Positions 51,935 to 64,000 of a DNA stretch of 64,000 bases are shown piece by piece. This DNA comes from Malacoraja senta. Taxonomy: Eukaryota. The stretch lies in assembly GCA_038087875.1 (NCBI GenBank), contig CM075990.1, positions 15,254,001-15,318,000 of the forward strand, given 5' to 3'. Position numbers and translations under genes: made by a program. Each line of letters begins with the position of its first letter. The stretch's first letter is position 1. The notes under the pieces are model-generated. The model saw only the letters and a list, made by a program, of their open reading frames with translations, made no database searches and had not been told where the DNA came from.

Positions 51935-52328
51935 CAAAGATCCTATAGCGGAGCAAGATAGACCACTCCTGCTAAATGCAATGGGCTGACGTGTAGTACG
52001 CAACGGGATGGAACATGGGCTTTTTTTCATCCATTTCCGTAACTGGACCTGGCCCGACCCGCAGTGTAATCAACGTTGCGGGGGAACAGTTTGTGTTAAT
52101 AAATTAAAATTCTGAAAATGAGGAGAAGATTTTTACCAAATAACTTTTATTTTTACGAGGATGTTTCCGTAACCGGCTTCCGTCTCCGCACTATTATCCT
52201 ATGGGATCTTTGGCGCGGAGACGGAAGCCGGTTACGGAAATGGGGCCTTAAATTACCCATGAATCTGCCCATTACCGTACTACGTCTTTTTCGTCGAGTG
52301 GACTATCTTGCTCGCTATAGAATCTTTG
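51935..52328. mobile_element. Non-autonomous DNA transposon (P- or hAT-like)
   Basis: About 33-bp TIRs caaagat(c/t)ctatagcg(g)agcaagatag(a/t)ccactc; 8-bp TSD cttcagac (51927-51934, 52329-52336). Confidence 0.88.
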
Positions 52329-52506
52329 CTTCAGACTGTAGGTGGATTCTTGTAAGGGGGGTTTGTCGGGCAGATGGATGGAGTAAGTAACAAAGGCTGG
52401 AGGTGAAAAGCAGAGGAAAAAGGTGCCAGATAAGGAGAGAAGATGAGTAAAATGTAAAGCCAGAGGGAGGGATATCAGTGAAAGGGGGTGGGGGTGATAA
52501 AAGGTG

Positions 52507-55500
52507 AGCGAGGGACTAGGATATGGGGGATGAGTAAACAAAGGCAGGGAAAAGAACACTGTAACTGGGGCAGGGTAATGAGAGAAATAGGTGCACAGGG
52601 CGCAGGGTGGGGCACAGGGAAGGGAGAGAGGATAGGAGCATATTACTTTGAATTCGAGAATTCAATGTTCATACCATTGGGCTGTAAGCGGAATATGCGG
52701 TGCTGTTTCCCCAGTTTGTGTGTGGTCTCACTCTGGCAATGGAGGTGGCCCAGGACAGAATGGTTGGTATGGGTATGGTGAAAGAAGGTTGAAAATGGTT
52801 CACCACCAGGAGATCCAGCAGTCCTTGTCCAGAGGGGCAGAACGCCTAGTTCACTGAGTTCCTCCAGCACTCGGCATTTTGCTCCAGATTCTAGCATCTG
52901 CAGTTCTTCTTTGTCTCCAATAAAATAGTTGCCACGTGCTCCACTAAAAAAGATGCCAAAGAAAGAGTGGTGGGTGGGTGTATGGAACGAGCTGCTGAAG
53001 GAGGTAGTTGAGGCAGGTACGATCGCAACGTTTAAGAAACATTTGGACAGGTCCATGAATGGGACAGATTCAGAGGGAAGGCTGGTGGGACTAGTGTAGA
53101 TAGGGCATGTTGGTCGTGCGGGCTGGTTGGGCCAGAGCCTGTTTCCACACTGCATGAGTCTACGATGCCAAAAGGACGTATTAACTGAGAAGTCACGGGT
53201 CGGCACGGTGGCGCAACGGTAGAGTTGCTGCCTTACAGCGAATGCAGCGCCGGAGACCCGGGTTTGATCCCGACTATGGGCGCTGTCTGTACAGAGTTTG
53301 TACGTTCTCCCCGTGACCTGCGTGGGTTTTCTCCCAGATCTTCGGTTTCCTCCCACACTCCAAAGACGTACAGTTATGTAGGTTAATTGGCTTGGTAAAT
53401 GTAAAACTTGTCCCTAGTGTGTGTAGGATAGTGTTAATATGCGGGGGTCGCTACTCTACATGGACCCGGTGGGCCGAAGGGCCTGTTTCTGCGCTGTATC
53501 TCTAAACTAAACTAAAAACTGAAAGCCATTTGGAGCATTTCAAATAATTTTACAATTTACACTTAATTCCACTTGCACTGTGCAAGGGATCACATGATGG
53601 CCGATCATATGCTGAAACTGGCTCAATTTGAAGACTTGAGTCTGAAAAGGGGTCTCGACCCAAAAGGGTCCCACCCATTCCTTCTCTCCAGAGATGCTGC
53701 CTGTCCCGCTGAGTTACTCCAGCATGTTGTGTCTATCTTTGATGTAAACCAGCATCTGCAGTTCCTTCCTACACATTAATTTCTACAGTGTGGAGATGCA
53801 GATACCCAGTGTTAAGACCAGAGGCAGTTGCATACAACAGGCAGTTAATGGCTCATTACAGTAAGCCCAACATTTCCAACTCAACACTGAATTTGCATCC
53901 AAATGTTAAGCTTGTGTATTTTATACCTGTGCATGCAAACGCTCAGTGAGTGATATATAGCACAACTTTGCCAGAGGCTAATCTCAAATTCCAGTTTAAA
54001 CTGAAAGATCTCAAACAGGCAAGTCTTGTGTTGCAGGTCCAGCTGTCATACTGAAGTGTAAAGGGTAGTTTAATAAATCATAGGAAGTTTAAAAAAAAAA
54101 CACCTATATATAGTCAGCAGAGCCTTCACGTGGGAAGATAGCTACACCAGCTTACTGTGCTATGTTTTCCCAGGCTATTTTACTTACTTTTCATCATAAA
54201 ACAACTGCTCTTGCTTTTTTTCAAAACATATTCTTCACAGAGAAAGTTCAGAGTTTCAAAGTTCTGCACTTTCTTTTTCAAATTAGCTTGGTGGCTGGGC
54301 AGAGATTTGAAAGACCTTTTGAATCCCCTTTTCCAGATCCATGTGATTCTTGTACTTCCTCGAGAGCTCAAAAGTTAGTCTTTTCCATCTCAGAGCAGCA
54401 TTAAGAACTAATTGGCAGAAGCTCCCATCAAGTCTACTCCGCCATTCAATCATGGCTGATCTATCTTTCCCTCTCAACCCTATTCTCCAGCCTTCTCCCC
54501 ATTATCCCTGACATCCATACTATTCGTACCCGTACCCACACGCATCGGCGAGACCAAACGCAGACTGGGCGATCGTTTCGCTGAACATATTTGCTCGGTC
54601 TGCCTGAACCTACCTCATCTCCCGTTTGCCAAACACTTTATTTCCCCTTCCCATTACCACACTGACCTTTCTGTCCTAGGTCTCCTCCATTGTCAGAGTG
54701 AGGTTAAACGCAAGTTGAAGGAACAGCATCTCATATTTTGCTTGGGCAGCTTACAACCCAGGGGTATGAATATTGATTTATCTAACTTCAAGTAACCACT
54801 GCATTCCCTCTCTATCCAACACCCCCCCCCCACTCAAGTCACACCAACATTCATTCTCACCTAAGGGTTTCGGCCCGAAACGTTGCCTATTTCCTTTGCT
54901 CCATAGATGCTGCTGCACCCGCTGAGTTTCTCCAGCATTTTTGTGTACCTACAGCTACCAATGGCCTGTTTCCTTTATCATTGCTACTTTTTTGCATATC
55001 TTTGATTAATTTGTTCTATATCTCTCTACATCATCGTTTATATCTTTCATTTCCCTTTCCAGTGACTTTCAGTCTGAAGAAGGGTCTTGACTCGAATCGT
55101 CCCCCATTCCTTCTCTCCACAGATGCTGCCCGTCCCCGCAGAGTTACTCCAGCATTTTGTGTCTATCTTTGGTTTAAACCAGCATCTGCAGTTCCTTCCT
55201 ACACAAATCCTTAGCCTGGTCAACAGTGATGTTGCATTAGGTATTCTAAGTTAAAATTGTAGATTACCGCTGGATCTTCTCAAATATATTTTGAATTAAA
55301 TTTACCGAGGCACACAGTGACAAATCAGTTCTTCAGAATCACTTCTGCCGTTAAATTGTTTAATCTCATCAAGTTCTGTTTTCACATTCACTAATAAATC
55401 AAGAAGTCTCCGTAAGTGCCACTCCAGAAAGCATTGGATCGTGTGGATATGTAATCCTCACCGCGTAAGCAGCAGGAATCTTGCTGGTTACAAAAAAATC

Positions 55501-58500
55501 TTTCATATTAGAGGCAGTGCAGCTGTTAGAACACAACCCTGTGATGAATATCTCATTTCCTATGCATGACATCCATTTCTGGCAAATTATTGCCACATAA
55601 ATTTCTTGTCAACAGCAACGGCCAATTAATTAAGTTAAAAATTTACTTCTGATCACAACTATAAACCAAATAGAACAGCAAGGCAATTTCCCAGTTAACA
55701 ACGCAACTCCGGGTCAGTTTAATGAATAATTTTTAACCCTGTTATCAAACAAAGACAAGCCAATATCTCAGAAAGCTGACAGCGGAAAGAAAAAGCTGGT
55801 GTTTGTCAGGCCAAAAAAGCGTTACATGCGCCGGGACAAAGGGAGAGGAAAGTACAAGACAGAAGATTTTTCTCCGTCGGAAACCATATATGTTATCGGA
55901 GAGGTTAAGATCAGAAGGTGCCCATTATACATTTTAACATGAAAGCAACGACCAAAACAACACGAGGTTCAAAAAGTACTTGCACTAAAAGTATCAGAGT
56001 ACATGTAGAATTTGAAAGGCTCTTATTATGCACCCACATGCACTCTGCAGAACTGTACACCGACTGAGATCCACAGCAACGTATATTATCCTGTTCATTT
56101 TGAATTTGTCTTAAAGTGCGATTAATTACTGCTTAGCTTGCTGACCCACCGCTCTGGTGAATTGTTCAGTTCTTCCTAGGTCAGGCCAAGAGCTGAGGCA
56201 TCTGGTTTGAAATATATTGTGGAACTCTGGTCAGCTGAGAATTTTGCCTTGACAATATTATGTCAAACAATCAAATAACAAGTTGCATTGAACTTTTTTT
56301 TTTCCCTGCAAGCTAATAAATTCAAGAGTATTATCAGTGACCCTTTCCAGTTTAATAGTGACACATCTCTGGTGAATTACAGGGCAACTTCATCCAACAG
56401 GCCTTGGGCCAATTTCTTCCTGGTGTGTGAATGTTGTCTCCCACATAACCTCCCAGCCTGGTAATAAATCAATGGAAGTATCACAGCGCACTTGGTTACC
56501 GTGCGTCACTGGGGAAAGCAGGATGTGTCTGGGTGTAATTCTGTCTATCAAACTAATATATTATATCAGTAGCTTTGTAATCTTCTCCAGTAAGTTATGG
56601 AAACCGACACAAAGAACCCGCGTCTTAAAGCAACATGCTCATGAAATGTTAAAATCAATCCAAGGTCCGCACAGTGCTTTATCGCTGTGTGTGTCACACG
56701 ATCATAGAAGTGCCATGAGTGCCACAATGTTGTCAAGGTTCACAATGTGAAAGAACTGCACTTTTGATTAAAAGCAAAATGCTTCTATCAGGAGCCTGCT
56801 TAGGTGTCAGAGCAAGGGGGAGGGCAGGGATTGTTGCTGCCCCAACTGAACATAGGGTTTGTGTGAGTATGAAGGTCTTGATCTTCAAACATCTTTTACC
56901 TCAGATGACCGCTGGCTGTGCTGGCGCAGTCAAGCCAAGGGTAGGTTTTACCAGGGATGTCTGCCTTCACTGTCACATAGTTCCCAAGATATGGGCATCA
57001 GTCCAGAACCTCCAGGTGGACACGTATTGTCAGTGTGTCTTGTGAGATAATGAGGGGAAGGTTGATGGAGGATCTATCTTTGCAGATGAGGCAAGTACAA
57101 TAACATTTACCTCAATTACATGCCTAGTTTTTGTTCTCCCATAGTTTAACTGTGTGAAAGCATTGTAGATTCTCATGTGGCATTGGGATTGGGTTTCTTG
57201 GTTAAACATTTAGATTGTGTGTTTGTCAACATGTGTTTATCAACATGTAGGTAGCTTATGACTGAATATGAAGTTAGTTATTGCCCTATATCATAAGTGT
57301 GTATAGGGAGTTTAGATACTACTTTGGCATTGGACTTGGTTTTCTTGGTTGAACGCATATCCTGGTGTTATGGCACAAGAACTTTGTGTTTTAATAGTAA
57401 TTCAATAAAATTCACTCGGACATGATCAAAAAGCAATGGCTGCCTTGCCAACAGTCTGTCTGTCCCTTCCTTCTTTGTCGTTTGTTTGTATGTGTTAAAT
57501 GTATGTTTTTAGTGTACTTTAGTTGGGGGAAACTTTTTCTAATCTCTTACCTCGACATGGGCAAATGCAATAGAGCATCTTGGTCGGCATAGTCGAGTTG
57601 GGCCGAAGGGCCTGTTTCCCTGCTGTATGACTCCATGCCTCGGAAGTCCGTGGTTCCCACATTCGCCTCATCAGTCACCTCTGAACCTTACAGATCAAGA
57701 GTGGAAGCAAACCATGTTCAGTTGCTAGGGGCTGCCTAACAAGATCCTTTCTTTCTACAAGGAAACTGCTGCTGATAGTAGGAATCTGTTAAAGACCCAA
57801 AATACCAGAAATGCACAACAGGGTCAGAACCTTTTTCTCCAGGGTGGAAATGTCAAAGACTAGAGGCTTTAGCTTTAAGCTGAAAGGAGCAAAGGTTAAA
57901 ATAGATGCTTGAGGCAAGCTTTCTGTTTTTACACAGATGGTGGTGGGTGCCAAGAACGAGCTGTCAGGGGTGGTGGTGGAGGCAGGTACAGTGGTAGAGT
58001 TTAAAAGGCTTTAAGATAGGTACATGAAAATGCAGGGAATGGAGGGATGTGGAACTCATCCAAGCAGACGAGGTTTATTCTTCTAGGCAAGATGTTCAGC
58101 ACAGACATTGTGGGCTGAAGGGCCTGTTGAGCCCCTGTCCCACTTAGGAGACCTAAACAGCAACCTCTGGTGACCTTGCCCGCCACCCAAGGTTTCCATC
58201 AGGTCACCGGAGGTTTTGGTCACTCTCTCTAATGGTCGAAAGTGGTTTCCGCATGGTCGAGGCTTCATCTAGGTTGCTGCTATTTTTTCATCATGATTAA
58301 AACCGGCCTCGACTAAAAATAGGTTGCCGTTTAAAAAATCGATAATTTTTTAGTCGCAGGTCTAGTCGAAGCCGGTTTTCTTCATAGTCGAGGAAGGTTT
58401 TCAACATATGCGTGGGAGGTCGTAGGAGGTTGCAGGTCGCCTCAACCTTGATTTTTTTTTGGGATGGCGGGCAAGGTCACCAGAGGTTGCTGTTTGGGTC

Positions 58501-61500
58501 TCCTAAGTGGGACAGGGGCTTTACTGTGCTGTTCTGTTCCATGTTAGGCAACATATGTGGAGGAAGAAACAATTAACATTTCAGGATGATGAGCTTCCAT
58601 GAGTCTACCTGCCCATAAAATTAGTTTCCTTTAGTTTAGAGATGCAGCGTAGAGACAGGCCCTTCGTTGCACTGAGTTCATGTCCATCATTCATAGATCA
58701 CCCATTCACACTAGTTCTATGTTATCCCATTTTCTCATTCACTCACTGCACACTAGGGGCAATTTGCAGAGGCCAGTTAACCTGCAAACATGCACATCTC
58801 TGGGATGTGGAAGGAAACCGGAGCACCCGGAGAAAACCAACGCAGTCACAGGGAGAACATGTAACCTCCACGTAGACAGCACTTGAGGTCAGGAAGGTTC
58901 ACCAATTTCAGACAATTAGCAATTCCAGGTCTTGAATCTCCCATTTTCTGTATTCATAGCAATCTCCTGCAAGTCATGTCAGATTATTAATCTTCACCGA
59001 TTAACATCTCCTTCCAACCTACTTTTGTGTTATTCCCTAAAGCCATCACAGGTACTTTCACCAGCTCCATCATATTGTTCTCATTTCTACTATCATTGCT
59101 TCTGGCTGATTACTGACCTTTCATTGATCATTAACCTGAAACATTGACTGATTCTCTCACCACAGTCGCTGTCTGACCAGCAAAGCATTTCCAGAACTTT
59201 CTATTTCAATGCACATTTGGTTGCCACCTTTATTTGTAAGTACCCTCCTCCTGCACCTATTTTCTATGTTTCTATGGGTTATTGATTGGGGACGATCAGC
59301 CATGATCACAATGAATGGCGGTGCTGGCTCGAAGGGCTGAATGGCCTCCTCCTGCACCTATTTTCTATGCTTCTCCATTTTGTTGGTCTTCAAAAACAAC
59401 TTCAGCAATTAAATAGTCGACTAATGGCTTTGGCACAGTTGTAGACACCCAATACAGTCAATTTAAGTGCCTTTTACAGAGGAAATGATTCACATAAAAT
59501 ATCCCCCAATTATTTAAAAAGCTATTTCTAACTTCGACTTTGATCCTATTCCAAACACCTTTAATTGATGACAGAGTTAAAAAATAAAACTATAATTCTA
59601 ATCCAAAGAGCACATGGAGAATGCTTTAAACTCCATCTGGTCAATCAATGTGCTTACCGGCATATTTTTTACTTCATTCACTGATTAGCTCTGATGATAA
59701 GCAATTTATGAGAATAATCTGGAAAGCTGGGAAGAGTGCAGAGAAGTTTTATCAGGATGTTGCCAGGACGTGCAGGCCTGAGCTACAGGGAGAGCTTGAG
59801 AGATTAGGCAGGCTAGGACTTCATTGCTCTGAACGCATAGGGGTTCAGGGGGTGATATTACAGAGGCGTGTAAAATCATGAGGGGAATGGATAGGATGAA
59901 GGCACAGAGTATTTTTCCCAGGATAGGGGAATCAAGAAGTAGAAAGCATAGGTTTAAGGTGAGAGGGGAAAGATTTAATAGGAACTTGAGGAGCAACTTT
60001 TTTCATCCAGACGGTGGTGGGAATATATCCAGTCAAACATAAAAGGGTGCAAACTAGAAACTGTGGATGCTGGAAATTTGAGCATAAAACAAAGTGCTGG
60101 AGGAACTCGGTGGGTCAGGGAACACATGTGGAGGAAAATAGGTAGACAGCATTTCGGGTCAGGATCGTTCTTCAGACTGAAGAACGCACCCGAAACACGG
60201 TCAGCCCATTTACTTCCACAGATGCTGCCCGACACACCGAGAACCTCCAGCACTTTATTTTTTAAACCACAAAAGGGCTTTCTACTTGACGGCGGCAAGA
60301 TGCAACATATTGCGTGCGTGAGGTCACAGATACTGAGCAAGAACACACATGGTCAAAGCCTTTAGCACTTAATGCGAAGTAAATTCTAAAAATGTAACAG
60401 CTTCTAATTTCCCTCCCACAGAGTGCTTTTAAGATTGAAGAAAATGGTTGAGTGGAAATTATTTTTCCGATCTTTAGAGAACAGTCAGTGAATCCTCTCA
60501 AACTTTCATGGTGGCATCCAAATGATAGATTTTCATGCCATTGTCTCCATCTGATGATTCCATTCACTGAATCGCTTAAATTACTTCACAGTAAAGTGTT
60601 ACATCCTCAATGGGATGACAGCTTCAATAGCTATTCCTAAGCACTATTCAAGTCATTTTCAAGGACAACAGTGTCATTTGCCGTCTAGGTTATTCAGAAC
60701 CTTAGCAATGATGTGCCTTGCACCATATTGTGTTGGCTCTGTCACCTGAAACTCAACCACTGCAGCACAAGAACAAAGGGAGCCCAGAAAAACAAGTACG
60801 GAGATAAGACATGTTTCTGATCAGCTGCATTTGTAAACTCAATTTTTTTTACCGAGGTTGGTATCTTGCAAGGCAGGGATATTAAAAAATATAAACAGTG
60901 GTAAAGTTGCTGCCTCACAGCACCACAGACCCGGGTTCGATCCTGAGTTTGGGTGCTGTCTGTGTGGAGTCTGCACATTCTCCCTGTGTCTCCCGGTTGC
61001 TCAGCACTTTAACTCCCCCCTCCCATTCCCAATCTGACCTTTCTGTCCTGGGCCTCCTCCATTGTCAGAGTGAGGCCCAGTGCAAATTGGAGGAACAGCA
61101 CCTCACATTTCACTTGGTTAGCTTAAACCCCAGCGGTATGAACATTGACTTTTGTAACTTCAAATAGCACTTGCTTTCCCTCTCTCTCTCCATTCCCTCC
61201 TCCTTCCCAGTTCTCCCACCAGTCTTACTGTCTCTGACGACATTCTATCTCTGTCCCACCCACTCCCCAGACATCAGCCTGAAGAAGGGTCTCGACCCGA
61301 AACGTCACCCATTTCTTCCCTCCAGAGATGCTGCCTGCCCCGCTGATAGTCCAGCATTTTGTGTCTACCTTCGATTTAAATCAGCATCTGCAGTTTTTTC
61401 CTACACTCCCTGTGACCACGTGGTTTTGCTCCAGGTGCTCCGGTTTCCTCCCACATCCCGAAAACGTACGGGTTTGTGGGTTAATTGGCCCTCTGTAAAA

Positions 61501-61784
61501 TTGCCCCAAGTGCGTAGTGGGTGGAGGGGTAAGTGGGATTACAGGGAACTAGTGTGGGTGGGTGATCGCTGGGCAGCTTGGACTCGGTGGGCCGAAGGGC
61601 CTGTTTCCATGCTATGTCTGCAAACTAAACGAACCTAAAGAAACATTGACTCCACACACAATGAATGAGGTATCCCACAGAAAATCAGATCAGTGACCAT
61701 TATATGTCAATTAGTCAAGGGCATTGTTCAAATCTAACATTAACGTAACATTATGGAGGTTGTGCTGCTCCCTAAAGTCTGTGC
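52507..61784 (-). repeat. Copy 2 of 9,278-bp inverted duplication (partner 3622-12899)
   Basis: 52507 agcgaggg is the reverse complement of ccctcgct ending 12899; aagtctgtgc ending 61784 is the reverse complement of gcacagactt starting 3622. Copy ends at the second N gap. Confidence 0.97.
61276..61309 (+). ncRNA. Minimal hammerhead ribozyme-like motif (second variant)
   Basis: CTGAAGA-a-GGGTC-TC-GACCC-GAAAC-GTC-acc; mirrored at about 4097-4130 on the minus strand. Confidence 0.6.
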
Positions 61785-61984
61785 NNNNNNNNNNNNNNNN
61801 NNNNNNNNNNNNNNNNNNNNNNNNNNNNNNNNNNNNNNNNNNNNNNNNNNNNNNNNNNNNNNNNNNNNNNNNNNNNNNNNNNNNNNNNNNNNNNNNNNNN
61901 NNNNNNNNNNNNNNNNNNNNNNNNNNNNNNNNNNNNNNNNNNNNNNNNNNNNNNNNNNNNNNNNNNNNNNNNNNNNNNNNNNNN
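61785..61984. other. Assembly gap (200 N)
   Basis: Run of N. Confidence 0.99.
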
Positions 61985-62102
61985 CACGGAGGGGTATGGA
62001 GTTGTGCGAGATATCGCGCGGCGCTCCGAAATTTTGTAGCGAACAAAATCTTCGCCCGCCAACGGCCTGTCGCGTAACTGACGGCCAAAGTGGGACAGGC
62101 CC
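61985..62102. mobile_element. Right end of a GC-rich Harbinger-like MITE, cut by the gap
   Basis: gtatggagttgtgc is shared with the 33332-33782 element (opposite strand); ends agtgggacaggccc. Confidence 0.6.
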
Positions 62103-62243
62103 AAGACCCTGGCGCGATGCAACGTCTCACCTCCAACAGCAGCAGAAGCAGGCAAACGATCGTCGAACTCGACCTGGGGCTCACGTCCGTTGCGGTCCGG
62201 ATCTGCCCCCACTTCTACTCCCAGAGCGGGGCCAAGAAAATTG

Positions 62244-62440
62244 AAGATAGACACAAAATGCAGGAGTAACTCAGCGGGACCGGCAGCATCTCTGGAGAGA
62301 AGCAATGGGTGACGTTTCGGGTCAGACAATGGGTGACGTTTCAGACTGAAGAAGGGTCTCGACACGAAACATCACCCATTGCTTCTCTCCAGAGATGCTG
62401 CCGGTCCTGCTGAGTTACTCCTGCATTTTGTGTCCATCTT
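62244..62440. mobile_element. Fold-back Penelope-tail insertion
   Basis: About 75-bp inverted arms; internal duplication caatgggtgacgtttc. Confidence 0.82.
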
Positions 62441-63196
62441 ACATAGATACATAGAAAATAGGTGCAGGAGTAGGCCATTCGGCCCTTCGAGCCTGCACCG
62501 CCATTCAATATGATCATGGCTGATCATCCAACTCAGTATCCCGTACCTGCCTTCTCTCCATACCCCCTGATCCCTTTAGCCACAAGGGCCACATCTTACT
62601 CCCTCTTAAATATAGCCAATGAACTGGCCTCAACTACCCTCTCTGTGGCAGAGAGTTCCAGAGATTCACCACTCTCTGTGTGAAAAAGTTTTTCCTCATC
62701 TCGGTCTTAAAGGATTTCCCCCTTATCCTTAAGCTGTGACCCCTTGTCCTGGACTTCCTCAACATCGGGAACAATCTTCCTGCATCTAGCCTGTCCAACC
62801 CCATAAGAATTTTGTACGTTTCTATAAGATCCCCTCTCAATCTCCTAAATTCTAGCGAGTATAAGCCAAGTCTATCCAGTCTTTCTTCATATGAAAGTCC
62901 TGACATCCCAGGAATCAGTCTGGTGAACCTTCTCTGCACTCCCTCTATGGCTATAATGTCCTTCCTCAGATTTGGAGACCAAAACTGTATGCAATACTCC
63001 AGGTGTGGTCTCACCAAGACCCTGTACAACTGCAGTAGAACCTCCCTGCTCCTATACTCAAATCCTTTTGCTATGAATGCTAACATACCATTCGCTTTCT
63101 TCACTGCCTGCTGTACCTGCATGCCTACTTTCAATGACTGGTGTACCATGACACCCAGGTCTCGCTGCATCTCCCCATTTCCTAATCGGCCACCAT
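62441..63196 (-). mobile_element. CR1 LINE 3' fragment (RT C-terminal part)
   Basis: QRDLGVMVHQSLKVGMQVQQAVKKANGMLAFI...VRPHLEYC; a 2-bp insertion near 62640 shifts the frame relative to the 1251-1599 copy. Confidence 0.93.
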
Positions 63197-63335
63197 CTTC
63201 AAATGATGTCACGCGCTCCAGACGGCTGTGCGGGCGCATGAAGTCGTGAGCGACCTTCGCGGGACCATCGCGCCTCAACGCGACCACGAGGTCGCGTAAT
63301 TAGCATCCCAAGGACACGTAAGTGGGACAGGGGCT
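63197..63335. mobile_element. Right end of a Harbinger-like MITE, followed by an HE1 SINE tail (63338-63420)
   Basis: Ends aagtgggacaggggct + tta. Confidence 0.6.
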
Positions 63336-64000
63336 TTAGTGTGCGGGCGATCGCTGGTCGACATGGACTCGGTGGGCCGAAGGGCCTGGTTCCACGTTGT
63401 ATCTCTAAACTAAACTAAAAATGTGCAGAAATATATATATTTCAGTTTGAATTTATGTGCATTTGTAGGAAGACATAATTATCTTTCTTTCATTGGAAAG
63501 CTTTAGTGATGAATCATGACAATTCATGTTCCATGTCCAACCCCAGATGAGGTTGCCTTGAGAATTTACATAGTAGATTTAAATTTGGACTTGCAAAGCT
63601 AAATTAAATAAATGGAGTATTAAAAATCTTTGTGGTATGAAAGATCACAAGGAGACATGATCCAAGTAGTGAAATTGATGGATAATTACAAATCTAAATG
63701 TTATTTGATACAAACTATTGTCAAACGGAAGGACAGAAGTGCTTAGTTACCAAGCTTTAAGTGAGAGTAGAATTGAGTTTTAATGCCTGCAATATAATAC
63801 AGACATTAGAAGATTTGAAGGCATGAAGTTCAGTCCTTTGAACGGACATAAATATTATTCCCTATCTCATCTGGCTCAGGGTGTTTCATCTATAATTTGA
63901 TTGGAATGGTTTAATTAGGTTGTAATGTTATATTATCATGTTGGATTGCTGCAACATTACCTTTTGATGGTCTGATTTTGTGAGGGTTAGGTAAGAAAGC

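Noticed and set aside
61711..62365. ORFs spanning N gaps (also 12625-13313)
   Set aside because: Artefacts of translating through Ns.

Overview
Repeat-dense vertebrate DNA with no recognisable host-gene exon. The repeat set (tRNA-derived HE1/V-SINE-like SINEs, CR1/HER1-like LINEs, Penelope-like elements, Deu-domain SINE relics) points to a cartilaginous fish, probably a skate or ray (inference). The largest structure is a 9,278-bp apparently identical inverted duplication (3622-12899 = reverse complement of 52507-61784). Each copy stops exactly at a 200-N gap, which suggests the middle contig (13100-61784) is mis-oriented and overlaps the first. The most interesting biology is a Penelope/Neptune-like retroelement system: one 5'-truncated copy with an open RT + GIY-YIG frame (45311-46751), plus about 25 short derivatives. 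Many of these carry a minimal hammerhead-ribozyme-like motif (CTGAAGA-stem-GAAAC-GTH), several are fold-backs, and many have 9-15-bp target-site duplications (TSDs). Also present: Harbinger-like MITEs, a P/hAT-like MITE with 8-bp TSD, L1, L2, Rex1/Babar, RTE and (AAG)n-tailed retroposon pieces, and several nested insertions resolvable by TSDs. Family names come from recall of motifs, not database searches.
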